The notes under the pieces are model-generated. The model was given only the letters and a program-made list of their open reading frames with translations, was not told the DNA's origin and ran no database searches. A stretch of DNA of 64,000 nucleotides from an uncultured Pseudomonadota bacterium (GTDB taxonomy: Bacteria; Pseudomonadota; Alphaproteobacteria; RF32; CAG-239), in NCBI GenBank assembly GCA_949292375.1, contig CASEZG010000009.1, forward strand, positions 4,766-68,765, given 5' to 3'. The position numbers and the translations under genes are program-made. Numbering within the stretch: position 1 is the stretch's first letter; each line of letters opens with the position of its first letter. Positions 27,516 through 35,459 of this stretch are shown here, in pieces.

Positions 27516-28988
27516 TTACTCAGCTGTGGCCTTTTCAGCTTCTTCGGCGGCGCGGAGGTCTTGGTAAGCCAGAATAGCCTCTTCCGCCTCATGCTTGTCC
27601 ATATAGCGTGTGTCGCCGATGAGGCCTTTGCCGGTCAGACCTTCACGCTGGAGCATAGAGATGGTCTGCTTAACGTACCAGTCTTCCTGCTCATCCATCG
27701 CCTTGCCGGACATTCCGTGGTCATACTCGCAAAGCTGCAAGTAACGCAGAATCTTCATGGCACCGGCAACTTCTTCGTCATCGCCGCAAAGGTCGCGGGT
27801 GACGTTCGGATAAGAATAAGCCATAAACATTATGGCTAATTCTTTGAATGCTTCCGGATATTCGCCGAGCCACGGGAACTTATAGCGGATTTGGTCTTCG
27901 CCTTCCGTGCGCAGATGAATATGCGCGCAGCAGTTGGCAAGACTCAGGTCGCCCAACTGATAGAGTGGTTGGTCATACGAGAGTACGCGGTATTCATCGT
28001 AATCTTTTCCGGCCGCTTCGCTCATTGTCGCCATTCCTTTCTTTTTGGGCGGAATGTCGGCAATGATGATGTTGCAGTCCGGCGCATCTTCCGAATGCTC
28101 CAGACCCCAAGCGAACTCTGTCGCGGTTCTGAGTTGGTACACCGGATATCCGACAATAATCAGATTGCATTTCTCAATGCCGAAACGGCGCTTGAGAGAA
28201 GCAACAACCTTAATATTTTGCCAGGTATCCGTATCCGTCGGATCTAACCATAACTTGCGAATGTAACTCTCAGGCAGACCTAAGGCAACTTCTTCGTTGG
28301 CGTAGGTGTCTGCTTCTGAACGCTTGCGGTACTTGAATGACGGGTTGAAGTCCGTCATATTCTGATTGTCTTCAAAGCCAATATTGAAGACATAATCAGG
28401 AAAACGTCCATTATTTTTCAAATAACGGTACATCAACTCCGTGGCTTTGTGTGCCGTTTGCTGATGACCGGAGTACACCAACACAACATCTATTCTATTG
28501 TTCTGGTTTGCCGGAATTTGGCAGTAGTCAATGGAAATGACTTGTTTTTTGCCAAATTTGCTATCGTATTCCAACAGCAATCCGGGTTTGCCACGACCGT
28601 ATTCCTCAGCAGCCAAAATAACATCCTCTTCTTTTTCTGTCAGAAGGTAGTTTGGAATCTTGTAGCGGGCGGCTTCGGCCATATACTGCGTAATCTGAAG
28701 AGCCGGATGTTCAACACCTAATTTTGCCCCCAAATTAAGCAATGGCTTGTAGGATTCTGCTCCCGGACGACGGATAAATTCAATCATCTGACGGGCGTAC
28801 TCCTTTTTCACAATTGGATGCCCTTGGAGACGATTGATCTCAATTGCCATTTGGGCGTAGAGCTTCCAAATGGTTTCATCTTCTTTTTTATGGCCTCTGG
28901 TCATAAATTCTGGATAACTTACACCTTTTATTCCTTTTGCCAAGTCGGCAACGACCTGCACGTAGCAAGGTCTTTTCAAATCTTTCAT
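27516..28988 (-). CDS. DUF218 (YdcF/ElyC-like) domain-containing protein, 490 aa
   Basis: The central region IDVVLVYSGHQQTAHKA...SEADTYANEEVALGLPESYI...DTDTWQNI...NLIIVGYPVYQLRTATEF follows the DUF218 pattern. The flanking regions are unrecognised. Confidence 0.5.
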   Translation of the reverse strand: MKDLKRPCYVQVVADLAKGIKGVSYPEFMTRGHKKEDETIWKLYAQMAIEINRLQGHPIVKKEYARQMIEFIRRPGAESYKPLLNLGAKLGVEHPALQITQYMAEAARYKIPNYLLTEKEEDVILAAEEYGRGKPGLLLEYDSKFGKKQVISIDYCQIPANQNNRIDVVLVYSGHQQTAHKATELMYRYLKNNGRFPDYVFNIGFEDNQNMTDFNPSFKYRKRSEADTYANEEVALGLPESYIRKLWLDPTDTDTWQNIKVVASLKRRFGIEKCNLIIVGYPVYQLRTATEFAWGLEHSEDAPDCNIIIADIPPKKKGMATMSEAAGKDYDEYRVLSYDQPLYQLGDLSLANCCAHIHLRTEGEDQIRYKFPWLGEYPEAFKELAIMFMAYSYPNVTRDLCGDDEEVAGAMKILRYLQLCEYDHGMSGKAMDEQEDWYVKQTISMLQREGLTGKGLIGDTRYMDKHEAEEAILAYQDLRAAEEAEKATAE

Positions 28989-29197
28989 AAATCAGGGATT
29001 TAAAAATTAGTAATTATTTTATTTGTCTCAGAAATTTCAAAAGAATTAAAACCCAAATATGAAAGAAGAAACTCTTTCAACATAATTGTCTTAATAATAG
29101 GTTTTAAACGGCATTAAAATACCACAATTTGCTTGAGGGGTCAAGACGAAAAATGGACAAAAGTTGTCGAAGCTAAAGTTTTAATGAAGGGGAATGC

Positions 29198-29869
29198 TTA
29201 GGGAAGCAAAATGCCTTTTTGATAGTTGCGGCAAAGGGTGAATTGGTTATTTGCACTTTCATAGACATATAATCTATCCAGTTTGTCGGTATAGGTCTTA
29301 AGATAAGTGTCAACCAGATTGTAGCGTTCGGCAATCAGCTCCGGCGGGGTGTGGCGATGAATGATTTTTTCTCGTTCCTGAGCGCGGGTTTGAGCTTCCG
29401 CTAAGTCGCACAAGATGAAGTGTACCTCGGTTTGGTAGCCTTGTTTTCTTAAGCTCTCAACCAGTTGAATATGCGCCGAATTTACACCGCTATGTTCCAG
29501 ATATATGTCTGAACGCGCTTTTATGGCGCGGCGCAAAAGCTCATAGCCGATGATACGCGCCGGAAGCTCCCATTTCTTGAAGCTCTCCGCCAGACCCAAA
29601 CGATAAGAATCAAGCTGATATGCCGGAAGATTATTCATAATCGCATCAAAGCTGATGAATAATTTATCCTTATTCCACCGATTATGCGCACAGAAGGTGC
29701 TTTTGCCGGCACCGGGGATGCCGCTGACCTGCACAAAAACAGGTTGCTTGGAAGCCTTGGCCTTGCTCATATATAAGTCCAGCAAACGGTCGTATTCTGG
29801 TTTGCGGATTGCGGCATAGTCGTAAGGAATGAGCTTATAAATATCCGGCATAAGGCTTTTTAATTGCAT
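29198..29869 (-). CDS. zeta-toxin-family P-loop kinase-like protein, 223 aa
   Basis: Walker A SGIPGAGKST, followed by FISFDAI...LPAY, as in zeta/AAA_33 kinases. No small epsilon-like ORF is adjacent. Confidence 0.55.
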   Translation of the reverse strand: MQLKSLMPDIYKLIPYDYAAIRKPEYDRLLDLYMSKAKASKQPVFVQVSGIPGAGKSTFCAHNRWNKDKLFISFDAIMNNLPAYQLDSYRLGLAESFKKWELPARIIGYELLRRAIKARSDIYLEHSGVNSAHIQLVESLRKQGYQTEVHFILCDLAEAQTRAQEREKIIHRHTPPELIAERYNLVDTYLKTYTDKLDRLYVYESANNQFTLCRNYQKGILLP

Positions 29870-30008
29870 TTGATTTATCCTTATATTTTCAAAACCACCA
29901 CTCTATAGCATAAAAATTGTTTTTTGTCTAATATTTTATGTTGTTATTTATATCACAAATTTGCTACATTCATTTTCAGAATGAATAAAATTTTTGAAAG
30001 GTCTCATT

Positions 30009-30668
30009 ATGAGCAAAATTACTTGGAAAGCAGGAACCCTCCTTGCTCCCGTGCCACCGGCTTTAATCTCTTGCGGAACAGTTGATAAACCAAACGTGAT
30101 GACGGCTGCTTGGACAGGTATTATTAACAGCGAGCCTCCGATGACTTATGTTTCTATCCGCCCGAGCCGCTTCTCTCACGCTCTGATTAAGCAAAGCGGC
30201 GAATTTGTCATCAACCTGACAACCTTGTCTTTGGTCGAGGCGGCGGATTATTGCGGAGTGAAGTCCGGTCGTGATACGGATAAATTTGCCGCTATGCACC
30301 TTACTCCTATTGCCTGTTCTAAAATCTCCGCGCCACAGGTTTTGGAAAGCCCGCTTTCTTTGGAATGTAAGGTTAAAAATATTATGTCTCTTGGCTCGCA
30401 TGATATGTTTGTGGCTGAAATTGTGGCTGTGAATGTGGATGAAAAATTTATTGATGAAAAAGGTCATCTGGACTTAGAAAAAGCCGGTTTAGTGGCTTAT
30501 TCGCACGGGCATTATTACACGCTTGGACGCAACCTCGGCGGTTTTGGTTTTTCGGTTAATAAAAAACGCCTCAAAAAGCTCCAAAACAAAAAGCTGGCAA
30601 AAAAAATTCCTGAAAAATCTTCTCTTGCAAAGCCTAAGAAAAAGCCAAAATTTAAGAAAAAGGCATAA
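30009..30668 (+). CDS. flavin reductase-like (FMN-binding split-barrel) protein with Lys-rich tail
   Basis: PVPPALISCGT..PNVMTAAWTGIINSEPPMTYVSIRPSRFSHALI matches the Flavin_Reduct pattern. Tail: NKKRLKKLQNKKLAKKIPEKSSLAKPKKKPKFKKKA. Confidence 0.75.
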   Translation: MSKITWKAGTLLAPVPPALISCGTVDKPNVMTAAWTGIINSEPPMTYVSIRPSRFSHALIKQSGEFVINLTTLSLVEAADYCGVKSGRDTDKFAAMHLTPIACSKISAPQVLESPLSLECKVKNIMSLGSHDMFVAEIVAVNVDEKFIDEKGHLDLEKAGLVAYSHGHYYTLGRNLGGFGFSVNKKRLKKLQNKKLAKKIPEKSSLAKPKKKPKFKKKA

Positions 30669-30705
30669 AAAAACAGGTCCGTTTCTCTTAACGGGCCTGT
30701 TTTTG
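30667..30705. terminator. bidirectional rho-independent terminator
   Basis: aaaaaaacaggtccgtt..aacgggcctgttttt between convergent genes. Confidence 0.8.
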
Positions 30706-30722
30706 TTAGGATTTCAGCAATA

Positions 30723-31919
30723 TTATCTGCTCTGCCAGTAAGCAATCTCTTTTTGCATATTGGTGCGGGCATCTTCTTCAAACAATTTTGCAAATTCCGG
30801 CAACAAGAACAATGGCTCTGATGAAAGAAGTTTTTTCAAGACATCTATTCTGCCTTTTTTATAAGCTTCATCATCGTATTTGCCATATTCCCAGCGGATA
30901 TTGGCTGCGTAATGTCCATAATTTGTCGTATCTCCCAAGACGGCTAAATCTAAGTCGTGAATCAGCTTCATCTCAAAAGACATTTCTTCCGGCAGAGCAC
31001 CATGTTTGGTTGCCATAATCAGCTTTTCGATTTCGGCACGCAGATTGGTGCTTAGTCCGGCGTCTTTCAGGGCTGCGCAAGATGCTTTTTCATCATCTTC
31101 TTTGCCTTCATTGACAAAGTCATGATAAAATATGGCTATGGCAAGCAGCTCTTTGTTTTCTGTTTGGGCATATTCCAAATTCTCAGCAATCTGTAAGTAG
31201 TTAAACATATAGCCGATATGCGACATACTGTGGTGTCTACGCTTGTTATATGTTTTTACTAAGTTGCTGTAATTTTTTATGCTGTTGATTTTGGAGACAT
31301 CGCATCTTTTGAGTAAATCAACATATTTTTCTGACAGTTTCTTGCCTACCAGATAAGCATGAACGCTTGATGTTATATATCGCTCAGCGGCAATATATTC
31401 ATTAAGCCCAAATAAGGTACGTACATTTGAGGAGGAAATGTAGGTCATGTCTTCACGTGGTACCGGTATGGTTGCCATATTCAGTGAGGCTTTGCGAACT
31501 TCCAAGATTTGCTTGTTTAGAATCGAGGTTTGCATCTCACTGTCGTGGTCGCCGACAATGCGCTCTCCTCTTATCAGCGAAGTGGCTCCTTGCTTTAATG
31601 CTTCATCAACAGTTAATCCTTTGTAGGAGATAACTTTTACGCAATCGGGGGTGTTGGCCAGACGTTCTAACGCTTGTAGTTCCGAACGAGAATATTTTAT
31701 CCCGATTAAATCGCGATATTCGTACTCAAACAACAAATCATCCAAAGATTTGTTTATCATTTCTACGCGTTCTTCTGGTGAAAAAAACTGCTGTTTGCCT
31801 TCATTTACACCGACAGCAACTATGACTTGGTCATAATCATTCAGTGCTTCACAGATAATTCCTAAATGTCCTCGGGTTACCGGAGAAAATGATCCGGCGT
31901 AAAATCCTATTTTTCTCAT
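30723..31919 (-). CDS. coaD: phosphopantetheine adenylyltransferase-like nucleotidyltransferase fused to an HD-domain (COG4339-like) phosphohydrolase
   Basis: N-terminus has GSFSPVTRGH (the GxFxPxTxGH motif), IVAVGVN, ISSSNVR. C-terminus has FYHDFV, DLDLAVLG, IRWEYGKYDDEAYKKGRIDVLKKLL, typical of the HD family often annotated as COG4339. Confidence 0.65.
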   Translation of the reverse strand: MRKIGFYAGSFSPVTRGHLGIICEALNDYDQVIVAVGVNEGKQQFFSPEERVEMINKSLDDLLFEYEYRDLIGIKYSRSELQALERLANTPDCVKVISYKGLTVDEALKQGATSLIRGERIVGDHDSEMQTSILNKQILEVRKASLNMATIPVPREDMTYISSSNVRTLFGLNEYIAAERYITSSVHAYLVGKKLSEKYVDLLKRCDVSKINSIKNYSNLVKTYNKRRHHSMSHIGYMFNYLQIAENLEYAQTENKELLAIAIFYHDFVNEGKEDDEKASCAALKDAGLSTNLRAEIEKLIMATKHGALPEEMSFEMKLIHDLDLAVLGDTTNYGHYAANIRWEYGKYDDEAYKKGRIDVLKKLLSSEPLFLLPEFAKLFEEDARTNMQKEIAYWQSR

Positions 31920-32015
31920 AATAGTAAAGTATTAAAAAGTATTAAAATGTTTAAAATAATAAAAAAAGTGTTTGAGTACTATGCGCATAAATTTCTTTTT
32001 TGTCAATATTGGGGC

Positions 32016-32044
32016 AAAAAAAACGGCACTTTAATGTGCCGCTT
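32016..32044 (-). terminator. rho-independent terminator of nrdG
   Basis: Minus strand reads gcggcacattaaagtgccg followed by T8. Confidence 0.75.
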
Positions 32045-32048
32045 CTTC

Positions 32049-32750
32049 TTATGAACGAAAAGCAAAATCGGGGAAGCTCTTGTGTAGATGTTCTTCCAAG
32101 GCTTTATCCGTGAAAAATTTTTCACATTCCGAATCCGGTGTATTGTCTCCTTCGACCTGACGATAACGCTGCAATCTATAGGTCTTTACGCCCATCGATG
32201 ACAGATTATCAGAAATGGCATAGATGTCCGAAATTTCTAAAACGCGTGGGTCGCAGGTTGTCCGACATTCAAAATCCACACCGCTTTCAAGCAACATTTC
32301 CAAACTTTTGCAGACATGTTCAACTTTGTCGTAGCCACCGGTGGATTTTTTGTAGCCCTCGGCTGTCAAAGGGGCTTTTATATCAAAGCCAACCCAATCA
32401 AGCTTGGGTAAAACTTTTTGAAAAGCTTCCGGACGATAGCCGCCTGTGTGCAAAGCAACCTTATAGCCCATAGCTTTTACATCATCTATGGCATCTCCTA
32501 AGCTGTTTTGCATTAAAGGTTCGCCGCCGCTGAAAACAACGGCATCCAAAATGCCTTTGCGTTTTTCCAAAAAATCTAAAAACTTTTCCCAAACAAAATC
32601 CGTTGCCGAATCTATCGGTTGCAAAGATGTGTTGTGGCAAAAAGGACAACGCCACGGACAACCCTGCAGAAAAACGACAGCTGCCATGTGCTCAGGAAAA
32701 TCGACGGTGCTGAAAGTTTCAACACCGCCGACATTAATCTTTGCACTCAT
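32049..32750 (-). CDS. nrdG: anaerobic ribonucleoside-triphosphate reductase activating protein (radical SAM)
   Basis: Radical-SAM cluster motif GCPWRCPFCHN. SGGEP. Located just downstream of nrdD. Confidence 0.9.
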   Translation of the reverse strand: MSAKINVGGVETFSTVDFPEHMAAVVFLQGCPWRCPFCHNTSLQPIDSATDFVWEKFLDFLEKRKGILDAVVFSGGEPLMQNSLGDAIDDVKAMGYKVALHTGGYRPEAFQKVLPKLDWVGFDIKAPLTAEGYKKSTGGYDKVEHVCKSLEMLLESGVDFECRTTCDPRVLEISDIYAISDNLSSMGVKTYRLQRYRQVEGDNTPDSECEKFFTDKALEEHLHKSFPDFAFRS

Positions 32751-32771
32751 TGCAATAAAACTGTCTGAATA

Positions 32772-32978
32772 TTATTCAGCCGCAATATCCATGTGGTCGC
32801 AGCAACCGCCGCAAACAGCTTTGCTCTCTGAGAAGCATACGCGAGAGTAAAATTCCGACTTCTTACCTTTGTTGAATTCTGATACCGGACGGAAATATCC
32901 CATAACACGGGTCCAAACTTCACAAGGTTGTCTTTCTTCGTCGGCTAATTTAATATCTTCAAAATTAATAGTTGTCAT
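32772..32978 (-). CDS. nrdD: stand-alone or out-of-frame NrdD C-terminal glycyl-radical segment (68 aa from the ATG at 32978)
   Basis: GGAGA 8 nt before the ATG. ...ERQPCEVWTRVMGYFRPVSEFNKGKKSEFYSRVCF matches the class III RNR glycyl-radical motif (RVxGY...FNxGKxxE..R). Its frame differs from the 645-aa nrdD body. Confidence 0.55.
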   Translation of the reverse strand: MTTINFEDIKLADEERQPCEVWTRVMGYFRPVSEFNKGKKSEFYSRVCFSESKAVCGGCCDHMDIAAE

Positions 32979-33009
32979 CTTTGCTTTCTCCAAGGTTAAT
33001 TTTTTTACT

Positions 33010-33102
33010 CTATGCAACTTCTTTTCTGGAAGCTGCGGCTCTTTTTTCTGCTTTCTTCTCTTCGTCACAGATTGGGCAGTATTTGTGTTCTCCCGAGATA
33101 TG
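33010..33102 (-). other. nrdD: nrdD Zn-ribbon-like segment in a third reading frame
   Basis: The frame +1 relative to the nrdD body reads HISGEHKYCPICDEEKKAEKRAAASRKEVA*. The GEH.YCP.C pattern is typical of the NrdD C-terminal metal site. Confidence 0.45.
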
Positions 33103-35002
33103 TCAAAACTTTGCGGACAATGTCGCGGCAAACTTTGGCCGAGGAAATCCGCTGTCCCATATACAGGTGGAGAACTGTTCCGCCGGTGTATTTGGTTTGC
33201 AGATTTGATTGTAAATCCAAAGCCTCAAACGGGTCATCGGTATAACCAACCGGCAACTGTGAGGAGTTGGTGTAGTAGGGGTTTTCTTCCGTACCGGCCT
33301 GAATGATACCTTTGAAGCGTTTCTTGTCTTCACGGGCAAAGCGATAGGTTGCGCTTTCTGCCGGTGTGGCTTCAAGGTTATACATATGTCCGGTTTCTTC
33401 CTGAATCTTAACCATACGGGCACGGATGTAATCCAAGAACTTCTCGGCAAAAGCCTGACCCCATTGGTCGGCAATGTTGTGCTCGTCATCGGTGAAGTTT
33501 CTAATCATCTCATTAATGCCGTTAACACCAATGGTGGAGAAGTGGTTGCGTAATGTGCCCAGATAACGCTTGGTGAAGGGGAATAAACCATTGTCAATCA
33601 GGCGTTGGATAACTTTACGCTTTATCTCCAAAGAGGTGCGGGCAATGTTCATCAACTCATCTACGCGAGCAAACAAACCTTCCTCGTTGCCTTTGTAAAC
33701 ATAGCCTAAACGTGCACAGTTAAAGGTAATAACACCGATAGAACCTGTTTGCTCTGCCGAACCGAACAAACCGTTTCCTCTGGCCAGAAGTTCACGCAAG
33801 TCAAGCTGCAGGCGGCAGCACATAGAACGAATCTGACCGGGTTTCAAAACAGAGTTGATGAAGTTTTGGAAATAAGGCAAGCCATATTTGGCTGTCATTT
33901 CAAACAAAAGTTCGGTGTTTTCATCTTCCCACGGAAAATCCGGCGTCATGTTGTAGGTCGGAATCGGGAAAGTGAACGGACGACCCTTGATATCACCTTT
34001 CATCATAATCGTGATATAGGCTTTGTTAATCATATGCATTTCTTCTTTGAGGTCGCCATAAGTAAACGGCTGCTCAACACCAGCAATAATTGGGTGTTTG
34101 TCACGCAAATCTTCAGGGCAAACCCAGTCAAAGGTGAAGTTGGTGAACGGTGTTTGAGAACCCCAACGAGACGGAACGTTCAAGTTATAAATCAGCTCTT
34201 GGAATGCTTGCTCAACTTGCTCATATGAAAGTTTGTCTACGCGAACATATGGAGCCAAGTAGGTATCAACAGATGAAAAGGCCTGAGCTCCTGCCCACTC
34301 GTTTTGCAATGTCCCCATAAAGTTGACCATCTGACCAACAGCTGCAGACAAGTGTTTTGCCGGACCGGCTTCGGTTTTGCCGGGAACGCCGTTAAAACCT
34401 TCATGCAACAAGTTTTTCAAAGACCAACCAGCGCAATAAGCTGCCAACATATCCAAGTCATGAATGTGGATGTCGCCGTTGCGGTGAGCTTCGCCAACTT
34501 CTGCCGGATAAACGTGGCTTAACCAATAGTTGGCTGTTACTTTACCTGATACGTTTAATATCAAACCGCCGTTTGAATATCCTTGGTTGGCATTGGCATT
34601 AACACGCCAGTCTAACTTTTCCAAATATTCATTGATGGAACTCTCAACATCAACCATTACTTTTTTGTCGCCACGAGAACGATTGCGTTGGTCGCGATAC
34701 AAAATATAGGCTTTGGCTGTGGCAAAATAGTTTGCGGAAATCAATACTTGTTCAACAATATCTTGAATCTGTTCAATTGAGGGCAGGGTTTCTGAAAACT
34801 TATGTTTTAAAACTTTTAAGACCTGACCTGTCAGCAGCCATGCTTCCTGATCGCTAAATTCTCCGGTGCTGTTGCCGGCTTTTAAAATTGCATTGTAAAT
34901 ACGGTTGCTGTCAAAAGGCGCCAATGTGCCATCTCTTTTGGTAACCGATTCGATGGCGATAGTCTCATTTGCGAGCGCCGTTTGGTATTGATTCTCAGAC
35001 AT
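33065..35002 (-). CDS. nrdD: anaerobic ribonucleoside-triphosphate reductase, body (ATP-cone plus barrel), terminates before the Zn-ribbon and glycyl-radical region
   Basis: ATP-cone (VTKRDGTLAPFDSNRIYNAI). Class III blocks CCRLQLD, NLEATPAES, YTNSSQLPV, KYTGGTVLH. The stop at 33065 precedes the expected C-terminal motifs. Confidence 0.85.
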   Translation of the reverse strand: MSENQYQTALANETIAIESVTKRDGTLAPFDSNRIYNAILKAGNSTGEFSDQEAWLLTGQVLKVLKHKFSETLPSIEQIQDIVEQVLISANYFATAKAYILYRDQRNRSRGDKKVMVDVESSINEYLEKLDWRVNANANQGYSNGGLILNVSGKVTANYWLSHVYPAEVGEAHRNGDIHIHDLDMLAAYCAGWSLKNLLHEGFNGVPGKTEAGPAKHLSAAVGQMVNFMGTLQNEWAGAQAFSSVDTYLAPYVRVDKLSYEQVEQAFQELIYNLNVPSRWGSQTPFTNFTFDWVCPEDLRDKHPIIAGVEQPFTYGDLKEEMHMINKAYITIMMKGDIKGRPFTFPIPTYNMTPDFPWEDENTELLFEMTAKYGLPYFQNFINSVLKPGQIRSMCCRLQLDLRELLARGNGLFGSAEQTGSIGVITFNCARLGYVYKGNEEGLFARVDELMNIARTSLEIKRKVIQRLIDNGLFPFTKRYLGTLRNHFSTIGVNGINEMIRNFTDDEHNIADQWGQAFAEKFLDYIRARMVKIQEETGHMYNLEATPAESATYRFAREDKKRFKGIIQAGTEENPYYTNSSQLPVGYTDDPFEALDLQSNLQTKYTGGTVLHLYMGQRISSAKVCRDIVRKVLTYLGRTQILPNL

Positions 35003-35075
35003 ATCCTACTTAATTCCTTCTTTTAGAATACGGGGTTTGTTAATGTTAATTTGTTTTATCAAAACTGATATTGTT

Positions 35076-35122
35076 ATACAATATATAGTGTTAAAATTTT
35101 GTAAAGAGTCTATATCTTGTAT
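35076..35122 (-). promoter_or_regulatory. tandem NrdR boxes upstream of nrdD
   Basis: ATACAATATATAGTGT (35076-35091) and AGTCTATATCTTGTAT (35107-35122). Both resemble the 16-bp NrdR palindrome acaCwAtATaTwGtgt. Centres are 31 bp apart, 75-125 nt upstream of the nrdD ATG. Confidence 0.55.
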
Positions 35123-35404
35123 GCACAAATATTTTTTTGATTTTTGATTTTTTTGTGTTTTTAGGGGCGGAATCACCCTTCATCCTTTGGTTTCATATTG
35201 CTTGATAAGCTTGTTTATAACAAGCCCTTTAAACTTATTTTTGGGTATTGACACAGCTATCTCCTTATAATTCAAACAAAAAAATTTTTAGGCTGAGTGG
35301 ATAATTTTTTTTAAGAATCTATCTTTGTTTTAATGTATTGTTTTTGCATAATATTTTTCACTATAAAATCCACAGGTTTTTCCACAGATTCTTGCTGAAA
35401 AGAC

Positions 35405-35441
35405 AAAAAAAGAGTCTTTTAATTAAAAGACTCTTTTTTTT
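35405..35441. terminator. bidirectional rho-independent terminator
   Basis: aaaaaaagagtctttt aa ttaaaagactctttttttt, a perfect hairpin. Confidence 0.8.
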
Positions 35442-35459
35442 GTGTGATTCTTTTTCGAA

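Noticed and set aside
27363-27839. 158-aa plus-strand ORF starting inside tRNA-Leu(UAA). Likewise 58738..58935 overlaps tRNA-Leu(CAG).
   Set aside because: Both overlap a tRNA gene and terminators, and run antisense to a better-supported CDS or through the pseudo-tRNA region. They are spurious.
27516-30700. Apparent GC-richness of the genes after tRNA-Leu(UAA), considered as evidence of horizontal transfer.
   Set aside because: Spot counts by eye (~40-60% per line) are similar to core genes such as ftsH and ppdK in this window. Only the clearly accessory ORFs are AT-rich. Composition therefore does not single this region out without a proper calculation.
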